Positions 43,324 through 58,238 of a stretch of 64,000 bases of DNA are shown one piece after another. Both the position numbers and the translations under genes were made by a program. The notes below the pieces were generated by a model. The model ran no database searches. It was not told the DNA's origin and saw only the letters and a program-made list of their open reading frames with translations. Numbering within the stretch: the stretch's first letter is position 1; each line of letters begins with the position of its first letter. This DNA comes from Octopus vulgaris (Eukaryota), in NCBI GenBank assembly GCA_951406725.2, contig OX597815.1, positions 198,276,001 through 198,340,000 of the forward strand. Reading direction: 5' to 3'.

Positions 43324-46300
43324 CATTGAGATTTTCACAACTGTTGTTCTTATCGCACTTACATACCAGCGAAAGGATACTAGAACCATTTTACCACTGA
43401 TTAGGAGAGATATCTTATGTAGCTACTGGGCAAAGCAATTCCTGAAAAAGTTCTCTTATCCAAGCAAGCAAGAAAAAGAAAAAGAAATCCTACAAGAGGA
43501 TGTAAGATATTCAAAAAAATATACTTAGGCAGGCCCTGCTGAAATATATTGACATTAGAAATTATTTTCGTAATTTACGAATATTATATTAATATTTTAT
43601 GTTTGTTCATGCAAGACAGGCAATTACACAGCACGTGGGAGGGACTTGGCTAATCTGTTTTAAGGAATATACATTTTCATAGAAATTTGAATTTTCAACA
43701 TTTTTTTATTTACTCGTGATGACCACACCCTCCCCACTTTTTTCCCATCCTACTTATTAAAATTGACATCTTTGAAAAGTCAACAGCCCTCGTGAGAAAA
43801 TGCGTTGATAGGTTTACAATGGAAAGAAAAAGAAAGAAAAATGGGAAATGAAAAATTGCTTTGTAATGAACTTTCAATAAATTGACTAAATCAAATGGAA
43901 AAGAAACTTATCTATCTCTCTCTATCTATATATCTATCTGTCTATCTATATATGCTTGTCTGTCTGTCCATCTATCTATCAATCTCTCTGTCTGTCTATC
44001 TATCTATCTATCTATCTATCCGTTCCTCATCCTTTACTACTTTTCTCCTCTTTCTTGAATTCCCTGAAACATTTCTCACTCTCTCTCTCTCTTTCTCTCT
44101 CTGTCTATCAATCTAACGTTTTCCCCCCTCTTTACTTTTCTTTTTCTCTCTTGTCCTCCCGACCCAAAAAATAATCAAACACAATGTTCCTATTTTCTAA
44201 ACAAATAAAAAAAATAGCACCTGATTTATTTAAACAAACAACGAAACGTTCTGTTTTTACCATTTTGATTTTGATTTTGCCTTGACGAGTTCGAAATAGA
44301 AACGATAACACTACTAAAGAATTATTCAAAATTCTGACTGCCTCCTTTTTCTCTATATAAAATATATGTACAATACTTCAAACACACACACACATACATA
44401 TAGATATGTGTGTGTACGAATTTATATCTGTATATATGTATATATTGGTCAACTGTGTCTTATTACGTGGGTCATAGAATGGTTTAATATTTAAATAGTA
44501 AAGATTGGAAATTCTAACAGAGTGACGTTCATCTCGCATTTACCAAATCATTTTCCCAAAGGTCATAGTGTTTGTTGGTTTATTCTCACTTAAAAATGAT
44601 GATAATATTAAAGCGAAGCTTTTGTATGGCAGAATCATTATATATACATGTTGGAACAGTAGCAGGAACGATATAATTTACGTGATAGTGTGGATTTACG
44701 ATGGATTTCCTATTTGTGAACTAATATGTCTGGACATATTTGACTCATGTCAAAGGATACTTTGTCATTAAATTCAAACAAAAGCGGGAATTCGAATTAC
44801 ATTCTACCTCTCTAATGAAACTTCAATGGACGAATCCTGAAAACCCTCACGTGATTGAAAGTGGACTACCCGATTAAAATAAGAACTGAGTGAGGAGTTT
44901 GTAGGGACGTGACTGTATTAGTTTGGTGCGTTGCTTTAACAGTCAGTAGTTGAACAGTGAATACGGAGTATCGTACCTACGTTCGAGTAGTCCGGAGTGC
45001 GTTCCGTGTTAACATATATTTCTGCAATATGCTAGTTTTAGATACCCACAACTAACTAAGTATTTGTGTAATGCCATTTTACACCGGACGTGTATACCCA
45101 CGTCATAACAGAAATAAACAAAGAAAATTTTGCCTAAAACTTGCAATAAATTAATGAAATGAAGTCTGTTAATTTCATACAACATTAAACTTAAAGAAGC
45201 AATAAATGACAAACAAGAAATCAACGAAAATCTGTATAATGTGAATAAAATTTGTTACCTTCCAAGTATAAGCTTAAAAATAAAAGCCTACTTAGAAATA
45301 ATTGTTTCCAATTTCGACATAATTATATCGACCCAGTGTTCAACTGACACTTATTTTATCGACCCCGAAAAGATAAAACCAAATCTGTATTTGCTCACGA
45401 AATAGCGTTTACCATTTTTGTCCGGTGCGGTAACGATTCTGCCATCTCGTGACCTTGACGTAGATAATAATATTGATTTCGAATTTTGGCGCAAGACCAG
45501 AAATTTGGTGGAGGGGTCACATGGATTACATCGATCCTAATGCTCAGCTAGTACTTCATTTATCAACCCGACCTTAGTTAGTAATATTAGTAGTTAGACG
45601 AAGACTGCAATTAGGGAGACCCTTTATTTCCCCAGAAAATAAATGTTAGCATCATTTCATGTGTCTTTACATTCTGAGTTCAAATTCCGCCGAGGTCGAC
45701 TCTACCTTTCATCCATTCAGTTTCCATAAAAATTGAATACCAGTAAAAGCACTGAGGTCGATCCATTCGACTTAACTCCTCCCCCGAAGTTGTGGGCCCT
45801 ATGCATAAATTTGAAATCCGTATGAAATGCTATATTCCGACATGATATAACTGAATTCGCAATTTCCAGTTATTTGCAAGGTATTAAACCGTGTCACTCC
45901 CAACGTGCTAGTGCAGTAGAGGATATTATATAGTTCTGTATCGGTCAACAAGTGTTAGTTTTAAATATACTAACTGGACCATATTTTTTTCTGAACAATT
46001 ATTTATCCGTTGTGGTTACAAGCATAGCCTTGTAAACATTCATGACTATACATAATATAGAATTAGCTAACCGGCCTTTGCAATCATCCATATCGATTTA
46101 GAACGTTAGTGCGCATGCATTTTTAGTATTGTTTTAATTGTTACTGTTTGATTTTTATGTATCCTTACTACTTAATTTGAAAGAAGTACATTAAAAATTG
46201 TATATCTTTTCAGAATATATATGATTCAGGATATTTGAACATATCACGATTTTATTCACGAACGGTACATGTAGAGCAGTAAATATAATTTTCCGAACAA

Positions 46301-47042
46301 TTTGATTCCATAAAGAATTCTTGAATAGGCCCTCTTTTCATTATGATGCATCCATTAACAGAGTACCATCAAAGGAAATATATATTACATGCAACGCACG
46401 GATAGTAAACACACATATAAAGGAAATGTAAAATCATCTTCCCGAAAATCCTTTTAGTATAAATGTCATTTAATATAGTGTGATATTTTCTGGATCTAAT
46501 ACATAAGCATTTATCAACCTGCCATAGATACCAGAATCTCTTTCAGAAAACGCACTAAACATCTCGCTAATTTGATATCAAAGATTGATAGAAGTTTTCA
46601 CTCACTCACAAAAGCAAAGACAAATATTTTGAAATAGTAGGCATGCCATTACCATACCTGATTCAGTTTATCCTTCTTATATATCTCCTGATAACATATT
46701 TGATATGTTCATCAAACTAGAGCTTTGTCGATCTAGAAAATTATCTTTCACACTTTTTCCGAATATTGTTATCACACAAATACACAGTCAATGTTGCAGG
46801 TTTTTATATTCCCGATTTATTTGATTCAAAGTTTTATGATTTATTTTTATCGTGGAGTAGATATTTCCTTCTGTGCATGTAAATTTATTATAAAGAATAC
46901 TGTTCTATTTAGCTTTTTTATTACAACCATGGATGAGGTATGTATATATTTTCCAAAAATATTTACAAACATCCCATCAGTAAAACTCGTTTAACTGACA
47001 GACTATGGCTTATTTAATTATATATATTTATATATATATATA

Positions 47043-47230
47043 TCATCATCATCATCATCATCGTCGTTTAACGTCCGTTCTCCATGCTAGCATGGGTTGG
47101 ACGGTTCGACCGGGGTTCTGGGAAGCCAGAAGGCTGCACCAGGCTCCAGTCTAAATTTGGCAATGTTTCTACAGCTGGATGCCCTTCCTAACGCCAACCA
47201 CTCCGTGAGTGTAGTGGGTGCTTTTTACGT
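47043..47230 (-). mobile_element. 3' fragment of a retroposon with a (GAT)n tail
   Basis: The minus strand ends ...GGACGTTAAACGAC(GAT)n, an RTE-type tail pattern (inference). Confidence 0.55.
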
Positions 47231-47231
47231 G

Positions 47232-47263
<32 letters not shown>

Positions 47264-47620
47264 ATGTGTGTGTGTGTGTGTGTGTGTGTAGCATGTGTGT
47301 GTGTGTGGTGTGTGTTTGTAGGCTAGAATACAAACACAATCTATCGACATGATTTAATCTCAGATCCCTTGACCAAAAGCAATTGAATTCACACACACAC
47401 ATACACAAACTTATATTCTTCAAGGAATCAAATCTGAAAACAATAGCAACAATTGTATGACTCCCAAGGAACCCAGAGTCTGTGCAGGAAATTCTTCAAG
47501 AATTGATTTTCTTGAAGTGGGTCATGTGATCACTCTGAAATAAAAACTGAGTTATTGAAAGTTTCTATAGTTGCAATAAAAATATATTTCAAAATATAGT
47601 ATGTCATACATACATACATA

Positions 47621-47699
<79 letters not shown>

Positions 47700-48341
47700 A
47701 TACTAGCATATTTCTTGATTGATTAACTGGCCAAGTCATACATTTGATGCGAATCTGATGCATCGGTAGCTTAGATCGCTCGATCGTTTCAGTCAAGTGT
47801 TATAACACAGGCTCATCGTTTCATGAGATAAATTAATGTTGTGGCAATGGATTCCATGTCATATTGAAGATATGTCATGAGGACTCTGTCAGCTTTATGA
47901 CATACATAATTCATGCATCAATTACAGTGGCAGTATTTCATTCGGTGAGATTGTAGATGTAGATAATTTGATGAGTTTCAACTATCCTCCGTTAAAGTTT
48001 AATATCATTAAACTTTATCATCATATTTACATCTTTCTTATTTCTCATCATCTACGTCAATGACGCTTTATGTTTATCGTGGTAATCAGGATTAAAATAA
48101 ACTGACCAACAAAAATAAAATCACTGACAAAATCAAAACGAACTACAATGATAATGATGGTGATACGAATGAAGATCATCTGGAAGGAATATAAGAAAAA
48201 CACTACTTATATTAAAAGGCTTAATAATGTTAATAATAATTACATCTATATTGTTATTGCAACTACTACTACTACTACTACGTCTGCTAGCACAATTACA
48301 CTGCAATACTAACAATAATAGGAATATCAATAACACTGCTA

Positions 48342-48426
<85 letters not shown>

Positions 48427-48503
48427 TGATGATAATGATAATAATAACAATAATAATAATAATAATAATGATGATGATAATGATAGTAATAATAATTATT
48501 ATA

Positions 48504-48540
<37 letters not shown>

Positions 48541-48560
48541 TGACAATAATATTAATAATA

Positions 48561-48648
<88 letters not shown>

Positions 48649-48653
48649 TAATG

Positions 48654-48684
<31 letters not shown>

Positions 48685-48686
48685 TG

Positions 48687-48717
<31 letters not shown>

Positions 48718-48734
48718 TAATAATAATAATGATG

Positions 48735-48791
<57 letters not shown>

Positions 48792-48801
48792 GGGGTGATG
48801 G

Positions 48802-48982
48802 TGGGCCCCTATTGCAAGGTCGTGCGCTGATTATCTTGATATGAGATCACCATGTCACGCACATATGTTTGTGATACATGTGACAGGTGTGCCGTAATTA
48901 GACGGGTTGTTATGATGGGTATATTGGGCTTGGTATATCTTACCTCAGTATCACTTTGATGCCATGCACTACTCTCTCACTC
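48802..48982 (+). mobile_element. 5'-truncated copy of the (AAT)n-associated non-coding element
   Basis: Homologous to 54543-54723; ends CTCTCTCACTC followed by (AAT)n. Confidence 0.75.
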
Positions 48983-49096
<114 letters not shown>

Positions 49097-49166
49097 TGTA
49101 GTAGCAGCAGCAGTAATAATAATAATGATAATAATGATGATGATAGTATTATTATTATTATTAGTA

Positions 49167-49502
49167 TTCTATGTTTGACTTTTGCTTTACATTTGCATAA
49201 GATGGCTCCAAGTCTCACCCAGAGACCTCAAGAGACAACAAGTTGGAAGTTCATGTTGGTGTTATGCCTAGGGTGCCATATATTTGGTTTTGTACTTAGT
49301 GTTGTACTAGTGAATGCCTAAAAACCATACGAAAATTATGATTGTTTTAAAACTTGAGATTACACAGAAAGTATATTGCGTAGGATATGAGCAGTTCCCA
49401 TGAGCACTATCTTTTGAATGTCTGCCATTTTGGGGTTTCCTGGTATCTGAGTTAGGTAGCAATCAGCCCCTTTTGCTATCATTCCCAGGGCACCTATGAC
49501 AC
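49167..49502 (-). mobile_element. R4/Dong-type 3' fragment
   Basis: VIGALGMIAKG...GTAHILR plus a 3' UTR matching 20592-20828; (ATT)n on both sides. Confidence 0.85.
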
Positions 49503-49609
<107 letters not shown>

Positions 49610-52600
49610 TCTAGTAGTAGTAACAACAACATATGCAGTAATGATGACTGTAACAACGATTCGATGTATGTATTGAATCTCAAGTAGAAATCACCAAATG
49701 GGATTATGGTTGATTGATTCAACTTCAGTACACTTCTGCAAATAATTTCATGGAAGTTGATGGGATGAAAGACAAATTTAACTGACAGGCTGAGAGACAA
49801 GGGTCAAATTATTTTCTTTATGGATGTAACTAATGGCCACTATTATCATTGAGACATTAACGATGAACAAAATTAAAATAGATTGTGATTTGAGTAAAAT
49901 TTCTCTACGAATTCCAAATGTCGATAGACCGTGTAGGATTTACATTATGAATTCGATTTCATATGTAACTAAACAATGTCGTTCAAATCCGTATTTAATG
50001 TAGTTTTGCTATGTAGTATGCTGTAATTCATTACTATATTACATTTTGTATTTCAGGACGATATTCACTTAATATTCGTATCAAATTTTGGCATGAGGCC
50101 AGTAATTTCACTGGTACTTCTTTTATCGACCTCAACAGCATGAAATGTTGAAAAGCAAATTCGAGCTCGAAACAATTTGAAGTTAAATTATTTCAGACGG
50201 ACGAAATGTCGCAAAGCATTTTGCCCAGCGTGCTAACGATTCTGCCAGCTCATCGCCTCATATATTCACTTAATATTACCAAATATATATGTCGGGTAGG
50301 TTGTAGAATCGTTAGTACGCCAGGCAAAATGTTTAGCGGCGTTTCATTCGCATTCACGTTTTGAGTTCAAATTCCGCCCAGGTCGACTTTGCTTTTCATC
50401 ATTTCGGGGTCGAAAAACTAACTACCGGCTGAGTACGTGTATTGCAATTGTGTTGAGTATTCCAACATCTGAGAAAAAAATTATAGATAAATAGATAGAT
50501 GATAGAGATAGGTTCAACCTGTAAAACAGTTGAATAAAAGCTCCTTATCAATGATAGTTATTGCGGTTTCTTACCTCCAGAGACGGAGTAGAGATCCAAA
50601 TATGCCCACTTACTCCTAGTAAGATTTGTTATTCGTCAGGTAAAACCATGATGAACGAGAATGTTTAGATGGTAATCTATAGTGATGGAAAATGGATACT
50701 GGCAGTTCCAAAGATTGATAAATACTGAGAAGAGAAAGTACATTCTTCTGCGACAAGGATAGATAGATAGGGCCTTTGTATTAGATATAAAAAATCAGTA
50801 CAACGAGAGGTCCTCCTGTCCGGAAAAGTTAAGGAAGACAGATAAGTGGTAAATAAAACTGATCTCAGACCTTTCTTCTTTACCTATATACACATACACT
50901 TATATATATATGTATGCATGTCTTTCTTTATATAACCAGTTTAGAGTACCCCTTCTTTAATATTTATAATTCTAATCAATTGTGTATTTTAAACAGATCT
51001 TCCATCAAAATGTGTATAAAACACTGGATAATGTTTTGCAACCTGAATTCGTCATCCAGTGATGTATACACTGTTAAAGTCTTAAGTTGTTTGTGAATAA
51101 ATGTTCTTATATAGAAAGCGGTAATCAAAACACTTATTGATATGTGCGAGAGCAAACACACGTTAAATAAATGCATGTAACGGAGATACCTTGGATTAAA
51201 ATACCGGTGAGCATAACAATTATGCTACTTGTTTAATCGTAGAATGGCAGTAGCTCTAACATCAAATTAGGGGAAAATAAAAAGATTGATATATAGAGAA
51301 GTGGTAAAAATTCAAGTGCTGGGAAATAGGTTGAGGAGAGAAATAAAATGACGAATTGAGGAGAAAAAATAATAAGAAATTTGAGCAAATAGTAACACTA
51401 TTTCTGTGATTTTGTATGATTAATTTTATTGCGACACAAGCCTATGCAATCAGTGTCAACACAGAATCGTATCAAGTAAATCGCATCTCTTTTTATATCT
51501 ACGTCGTACGATTGCCTTTTTCTCACTGTTTTGTTTCAGACTTATTGCTTTTACGCTAGTTATTAAAATGTGCGTAAGAGTATGATCCATACGATTTTTG
51601 CATAGTTACAACCAATATCGTTATCATAAGGCAGCGAACGGTCAGAATCCTTTACACACCGGAGAAAAACGTTAATGGCATTCTTTCCGAATTTAAGTTG
51701 ATTCACAAACCACCAAAGTCGACTTTATATTTCATTCTTTCAAGGCCGATAAGATATTTTCCAGCCGAGCACCAATTTCCATGTAACGGATTTGATCTTC
51801 CCCCAATTTTTAGAGCATTTTGGATGAAGTAAAAAGGATTATCGTAAGGTTGCAAGTTGGTAGAACCGATTGATCGTCAGAGAAAATGCTTAATAACGTT
51901 TCCTGTTTTTTTTTTTTGAAATCTGAACGTAAAGATGGACGGTGTATCGCTAAGGATTTTTCCGTCGTTCACATTAATCTGCCACCTCACCACATTGATG
52001 ATGAAGATGGTGATGATGATGATGATGAAGATGGTGATGATGATGATTATCATCATCATGATCATCATGATGATCATGATAAGGTTAATGACAGATTAGA
52101 TCAACAGAATGACAGATCAGCAATGGTCTTCTTCCGACTGTAGTATGAGTGATAATTCAAATAGCATCGTGGCAAATTATAATATCTGATTGCCCCGAGT
52201 TAGCTACAGTGAATATCACAATTTAGGTCAGATAATAATAATTGTAATGCTTCAATGGGAAGTTTGAATATAATTCTGTTTTACAGTTGTGGAAAAGAGC
52301 TATGACCATTTTATATGGATTCTGATACAATTCAAAATGATAAGATATATCAAGTAGAAAATTGTAATCATCGATGGAAAACAATGTACTATAAACAGGC
52401 ACAGATTGCCTATTTGTTGAGAGTCAGGACAAAACATAAAATTAAAGGAAGTTTTATACGCCGGCTGGGAGTATAAAATATTCAAACGCTGGAACAGAGG
52501 ATTTAGATAGATCATTATCCGACTAATTATTTTCCTACTTTCGAAACTTTTACAAAAAGATTGAGATCAAACCTTGAAAAAATGCTAGATCAAATCACCA

Positions 52601-53250
52601 GGCCCCAGAATTGGTTGGTAAGTAGTGCTGTGATTGCTGTCGTTTTCCATTGTCGAATTTACTCACATCAGCCAAACTAGTAATGTTTGTAATGTAGATA
52701 CATTTTTAAAAATTTCGTCTATATTGGTATACTTCACTTCTCATGTATCCTGTTTTTTAAAGCTTGTTTTCCCAAACACTTTTTAGGATCCTAACAATTT
52801 TTTATGTCATTGTGAGACATTTTTTCTTAAAGTTTGAAAAACACAATTTAAGTCACAAGATTTATATTTGTTTCATTATATACCTGCAAGAATTTCCACA
52901 ATATGTGAGACGAAAATAATAATATTCCATTGAAGGGGATGCAAATATTTCAAAAATAAATAAATTTTCAATACCATTTAAAGTAGTTTACAGAAAAAGA
53001 AAAGCCGAAATCATTACTTAAGTCGCAAACTGATTTGAACATCTTGTAGTAGAAAAACTACTCTATCTTTTTGCTTGTAATCAAATAATAAGCACGAAGA
53101 ACACGAATAAGACAGAGAAGAACATACTGTTGAAAAAACACAAGAATATAGTAATGTTAATAGTTTTAATAGCATGTATGTTAACATCGAAATAAAAAAT
53201 ATTATTACAATGTAATTTTAATAATGATAAAATTAACGACTAAATAATAA

Positions 53251-53430
53251 TGCAGTTCTATACTTAAGAGATGAGGAATTATGTACATCATTTACAATAT
53301 TTACATTATTTACATTTGTCGAATATTTGTTCCCATCTTGTTTGTTAACACAAGGTTTTGGCTGATATACCCTCCAGCCTTCATCAAGTGTCTTGGAGAA
53401 ATTTCGAACCTCGATTCTCATTCCTAAGGT
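53251..53430 (-). mobile_element. Short element with a degenerate hammerhead (53347-53392)
   Basis: GACAC / UUGAUGA / A-GGCUG..CAGCC / AAAA / CC-UU / GUGUU; stems I and II are intact but the core is mutated. Confidence 0.5.
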
Positions 53431-53442
53431 TCTCATACCCAC

Positions 53443-53520
53443 GGACATGTGGCATAGTGGTTAAGAGCGCGGGCTACCAATCCCAAGACTCCGAGTTCGA
53501 TTTCAGGCAGTGACCTGAAT
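53443..53520 (+). mobile_element. tRNA-head-only SINE or tRNA retropseudogene followed by (AAT)n
   Basis: TGGCATAGTGGTTAAG A box and GAGTTCGATTTC B box; about 78 bp, then the AAT array. Confidence 0.6.
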
Positions 53521-53617
<97 letters not shown>

Positions 53618-53625
53618 TTAAATAA

Positions 53626-54173
53626 ATTCAAACTGACAGGAAGATAGATGCAAATAGGCCAGACATTATATTGAAAGACTTCAGACAAAGAACATGCCTC
53701 CTCATTGATATGACTGTCCCAATCGATATAAACGTATCTGTCAAGACCTACCAAAAGCTGAGCAAATATAAAGATCTTGAAATAGAAATCAGCAAAATGT
53801 GGAAGCTGAAGACTAAAACAATACCTGTTGTCATAGGTGCCCTGGGAATGATAGCGAAAGGGACTGATTGCTACCTAACTCAGATACCAGGAAACCCCAA
53901 AATGGCAGAAATTCAAAAGATAGTGCTCACGGGAACTGCTCATATCCTACGCAAAATACTCTCTATGTAATCGCAAGGTTTAAAACAAACTTTTTTTTTT
54001 TTAATATTTATTTATTTTTTATTTTCATGTATTAGACATTCACTAGTACAACACCAAAAAAAAAAAAAACAAAGACAAATATATGGCACAGAACTTCCAA
54101 CCTGTTGTCTCTAGAGGTCTCTGGGTGAGACATGGAGCCAACTTGTACAGACATAAAGCAGAGGTCAAACTTA

Positions 54174-54174
<1 letters not shown>
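53626..54174 (+). mobile_element. R4/Dong-type 3' fragment (same subfamily as 20098-20828)
   Basis: ORF 53671-53970 is almost identical to the end of ORF 20164-20592; (AAT)n on both sides. Confidence 0.88.
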
Positions 54175-54214
<40 letters not shown>

Positions 54215-54216
<2 letters not shown>

Positions 54217-54723
54217 CTGATTGGAAGTGTTATCATGTACATTGTTTTGTCTTGGTATAAAAGATGGGCTACAGCAAATATTCTGCTCAATACCACAGAT
54301 TTGCTTGTCAGTTGTTTGACTTTAACCAGTTGAGCATGTCCCTTAGTGGCTGACGATATGTGCATCTCTGATCACGAGCAGAAGTAGTGGGGGAGCATCA
54401 TAGCCATGTGTTGAGAGGGATTCTTTGGGGTTTGAATAATTCACCTCTGGAAACATGGGTGGTTCTTTCAACATCCTTAAACAACCCTTACTCAGGGACC
54501 TTTTGAGCGGGATGGGCTACTCAACCTGAAGAAAATTCTAATTGGGCCCCACCTGCAAGGTCATGTGCTGTTTATCTTGATATGAGATCACCATGTCGCG
54601 CACATATGGTTGTGATGCATGTGCCTGGTGTACCTTTATCAGACGGGTAGTCATGATGGGTATATTGGGCTTCGTATATTTTACCCCAGTGTCACTTTGA
54701 TGGCATGAACTGCTCTCTCACTC

Positions 54724-54777
<54 letters not shown>

Positions 54778-54993
54778 CGGGATGGGCTACTCAACCTGAA
54801 GAAAATTCTAATTGGGCCCCACCTGCAAGGTCATGTGCTGTTTATCTTGATATGAGATCACCATGTCGCGCACATATGGTTGTGATGCATGTGCCTGGTG
54901 TACCTTTATCAGACGGGTAGTCATGATGGGTATATTGGGCTTCGTATATTTTACCCCAGTGTCACTTTGATGGCATGAACTGCTCTCTCACTC
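54215..54993 (+). mobile_element. Two tandem copies (54215-54723 and 54774-54993) of the (AAT)n-associated non-coding element
   Basis: The 3' 220 bp appear identical; each copy ends CTCTCTCACTC(AAT)n. Confidence 0.8.
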
Positions 54994-55059
54994 AATAATA
55001 ATAATAATAATAATGATGATGATGATGATGAGGATGATTTTAACATCGAAAAATATTGG

Positions 55060-56225
55060 CGGACAGACAGATCCGTCCAACGCGTAACACCAGCTGTTTA
55101 ATATAATCCCACAAGTCAGCAATGACCGGATACTAAATGAGGGCGTGCAGAACGCTTTCGTCAATCTGTTGATAGTCGGACAAGCCTTTCTGATATGACA
55201 TCCGTGCCTGTAGGGTGTATATCGTACCGGTAGCGTCCCCTGGTACCACTGCTAAGCCACGGACATATGGAAATTATCGATGATAGTTGCCAACCGAAAA
55301 GTCCTCCGAAAACAGACAAGCCAGTTCGTTCTCGTCGGCACCCAGTTTCCCCCGAGAGCGTCGTCGCACTTCTCGCCACTAATCCTCTAATAAATTTCTA
55401 AGGTGGAGCATCCACCGATCCCGTTACCCGACTTGTAAAGGGTTGTGAGTGACTGAGGACACAGTATGTGCCAGGCGGCGAACTGGCAGAAACGTTAGCA
55501 CGCCGGACGAAATGTGTAGCCGTATTTCGTCTGCCGTTACGTTCTGAGTTCAAATTCCGCCGAGGTCGACTTTGCCTTTCATCCTTTAGGGGTCGATAAA
55601 TAAAGTACCAGTTACGCACTGGAGTCGATGTAATCGACTTGATCCGTTTGTCTGTCTTTGTTTGTCCTCTCTGTGTTTAGGCTCTTGTAGGTAATAAAGA
55701 AATAAGTATGTGCCAGGCGCCCATCTTGGTCTTTTCTTCACCCAGGACTGCAGCTCCGTCCAGGAAACGAGCTCCGGATAGACGAGCCTCCCAAAGGGAG
55801 CCACCACACGCTCCCCATCCAGAAAGCGTTGCAGCTGGCGTAATCTAATCGCATGTCAGCACATTAGGAGCATACCTAATCCGCCACTGAAAGGATGCGG
55901 GCAACAGACCTTCCGCCTGACCATTTGAACGCGTCCCTTCCACCAGAATCTAAATAAGAGGTGCTCCAAGCTGGTCAAGCAGTAACCAGGACAAAGCATG
56001 ACGGTAAGGCGTTAAATGATAACGGATGTGACGTAAGCATTCGCAACCTCTGCCCTACCTATCAGAAACAGCTTTCTTTCAGCTCGTTTCTGGGTAACCT
56101 TGAAGTTGAGATTGAACCAGACCCCGAGCCCTTTAACTGCTCCGTAATTCCAGCGCCCAACGACGCCATCCGATGGTATCGTCTTGCCTCTCCAGGATCC
56201 CAACCGCAGCAGCAAGGAAAAATGA
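55060..56225 (-). mobile_element. Decayed L1/Tx1-clade ORF2 (post-RT region), split by a SINE
   Basis: Minus-strand translation gives LGVWF, GRAEVANAYVTSVII*RLT, LFRFWWKG, GGLGM and LQRFLDG. Confidence 0.7.
55478..55704 (+). mobile_element. SINE family B with a 15-bp TSD
   Basis: AGTATGTGCCAGGCG occurs at 55463-55477 and 55705-55719. Confidence 0.9.
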
Positions 56226-56294
56226 TACTACTGCTGCTGCTACAACAACAACACCAACAGCAACAGCAACTACTACTACTACTAATAATAATAA

Positions 56295-56325
<31 letters not shown>

Positions 56326-56465
56326 AAGAAGAAATATAATAATAATAATAATGATAATAATAATAATTTTAATAATAATAATAATAGTAATAATAATAAT
56401 GATAATAATAATAATAATAATATTAATAAAAATAATAATATCAACAAGAACAATAATAATAATAC

Positions 56466-56538
<73 letters not shown>

Positions 56539-56596
56539 TGTAGTTGTAGTAGTAGTAGTAGTAGTAGTAGTAGCAGCAGCAGCAGCAGCAGTGGTA

Positions 56597-56672
<76 letters not shown>

Positions 56673-57822
56673 CAGTAAAATAAATATTTGATTCCGAAAT
56701 AGCGACGGTACATAGTTTATTGATCACGAATGGCTGAAAGGCACATTTTACCGTATTGAAATTTGATATCAAAAGTTAGATGCGTGAAACTAAATATTTC
56801 ATTTGATTTAGTCTGACGCTCTACTAATTTTGCGAATCAATAACTTCAAAAATATCGCTTCAAGTATTCACGTCATGAAATAAAATCCATGTAAAAATGT
56901 TTGAAAAATACAAAATATCGTTCTAAATTACATCTGGAATTTCATTCTTTCTGATTATCGCCCATCTTTACGATTATTGTCTGTTGAATGAAATAAGAGC
57001 AGGGGAATCAATTTGAGCTAAAGGATATATATGCTTATAGCAATAAGATATAATTTTGTTTTCGTAATTTTCCTAAGACATACATATAAAATATTTATAA
57101 CCGTTGAGCAATATATGGAGATTAATTCTTACGTTCCCTTGAATTATTACAAGTTGATGATGAAATATGGCAATGAGAGGTGTCTTGTATAAATTAAAAT
57201 TAATTAAGATAATACGTAGAATTAAAGTTACGAATGCGAACAGATCTATGATTCATTATAATTATCACGGCTACAACATATCAATCATATATAGTAACCG
57301 ATGCAGTGTACTTTAAACTTCAAATGAACTTTTAGTTATTTAAATCTAAGTCATGGCCTATCCTTTCGGCTGAAATTTGAAGCCACCATAACAAAATACA
57401 TGTTCAAACTAATCTGGAAATACAACGTAAAAACACTAGAGCAGGTTTGTGAATTTTATTTGCTGGAAGCAAACTGACAGCTATGCATTAGTATGCTACA
57501 GTAATTTCTATAATATTCATCGACATAGCTGACTAGATAAAAAAGATCGTTGCAATGCGTTGCAGTATTTAATTAATTCCGTTTACAGTCGGAGTAAAAC
57601 TCCTAACGAGATTGATTTTGTCATTGCCCCTACTAGGTTCGATTAAATAAACAGCAGTAAAGTAGAGGGCCGATTCAACTGGCTAAACAATTTGTGACTA
57701 AATGCCAATTTTAGAAATCGGTCTTTTATTCGAAAATTTTCAAGTTTTATATGAAATTCCCGACACTTGCAATTTCTTCTGAATGTTTATTTGGATTCTC
57801 TAACAAAGTGTTTCGATTGTAT

Positions 57823-58238
57823 TCTTTACTCTTTACTCTTTTACTTGTTTCAGTCATTTGACTGCGGCCATGCCAGAGCACCGCCTTTAGTCGAGCAAAT
57901 CGACCCCGGGACTTATTCGTTGTAAGCCCAGTACTTATTCTATCGGTCTCTTTTGCCGAATCGCTAAGTGACGGGGACGTAAACACACCAGCATCGGTTG
58001 TCAAGCAATGCTACAGGGACAAACACAGACACACAAACATATACATACACATACATACATATATATACATATATACGACAGGCTTCTTTCAGTTTCCGTC
58101 TACCAAATCCACTCACAAGGCATTGGTCGGCCCGAGGCTATAGCAGAAGACACTTGGCCAATATGCCACGCAGTGGGACTGAACCCAGAACCATGTGGTT
58201 GGTAGGCAAGCTACTTACCACACAGCCACTCCTGCGCC
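57823..58238 (-). mobile_element. SINE family C
   Basis: Reverse complement is colinear with 11784-12190. Confidence 0.88.
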
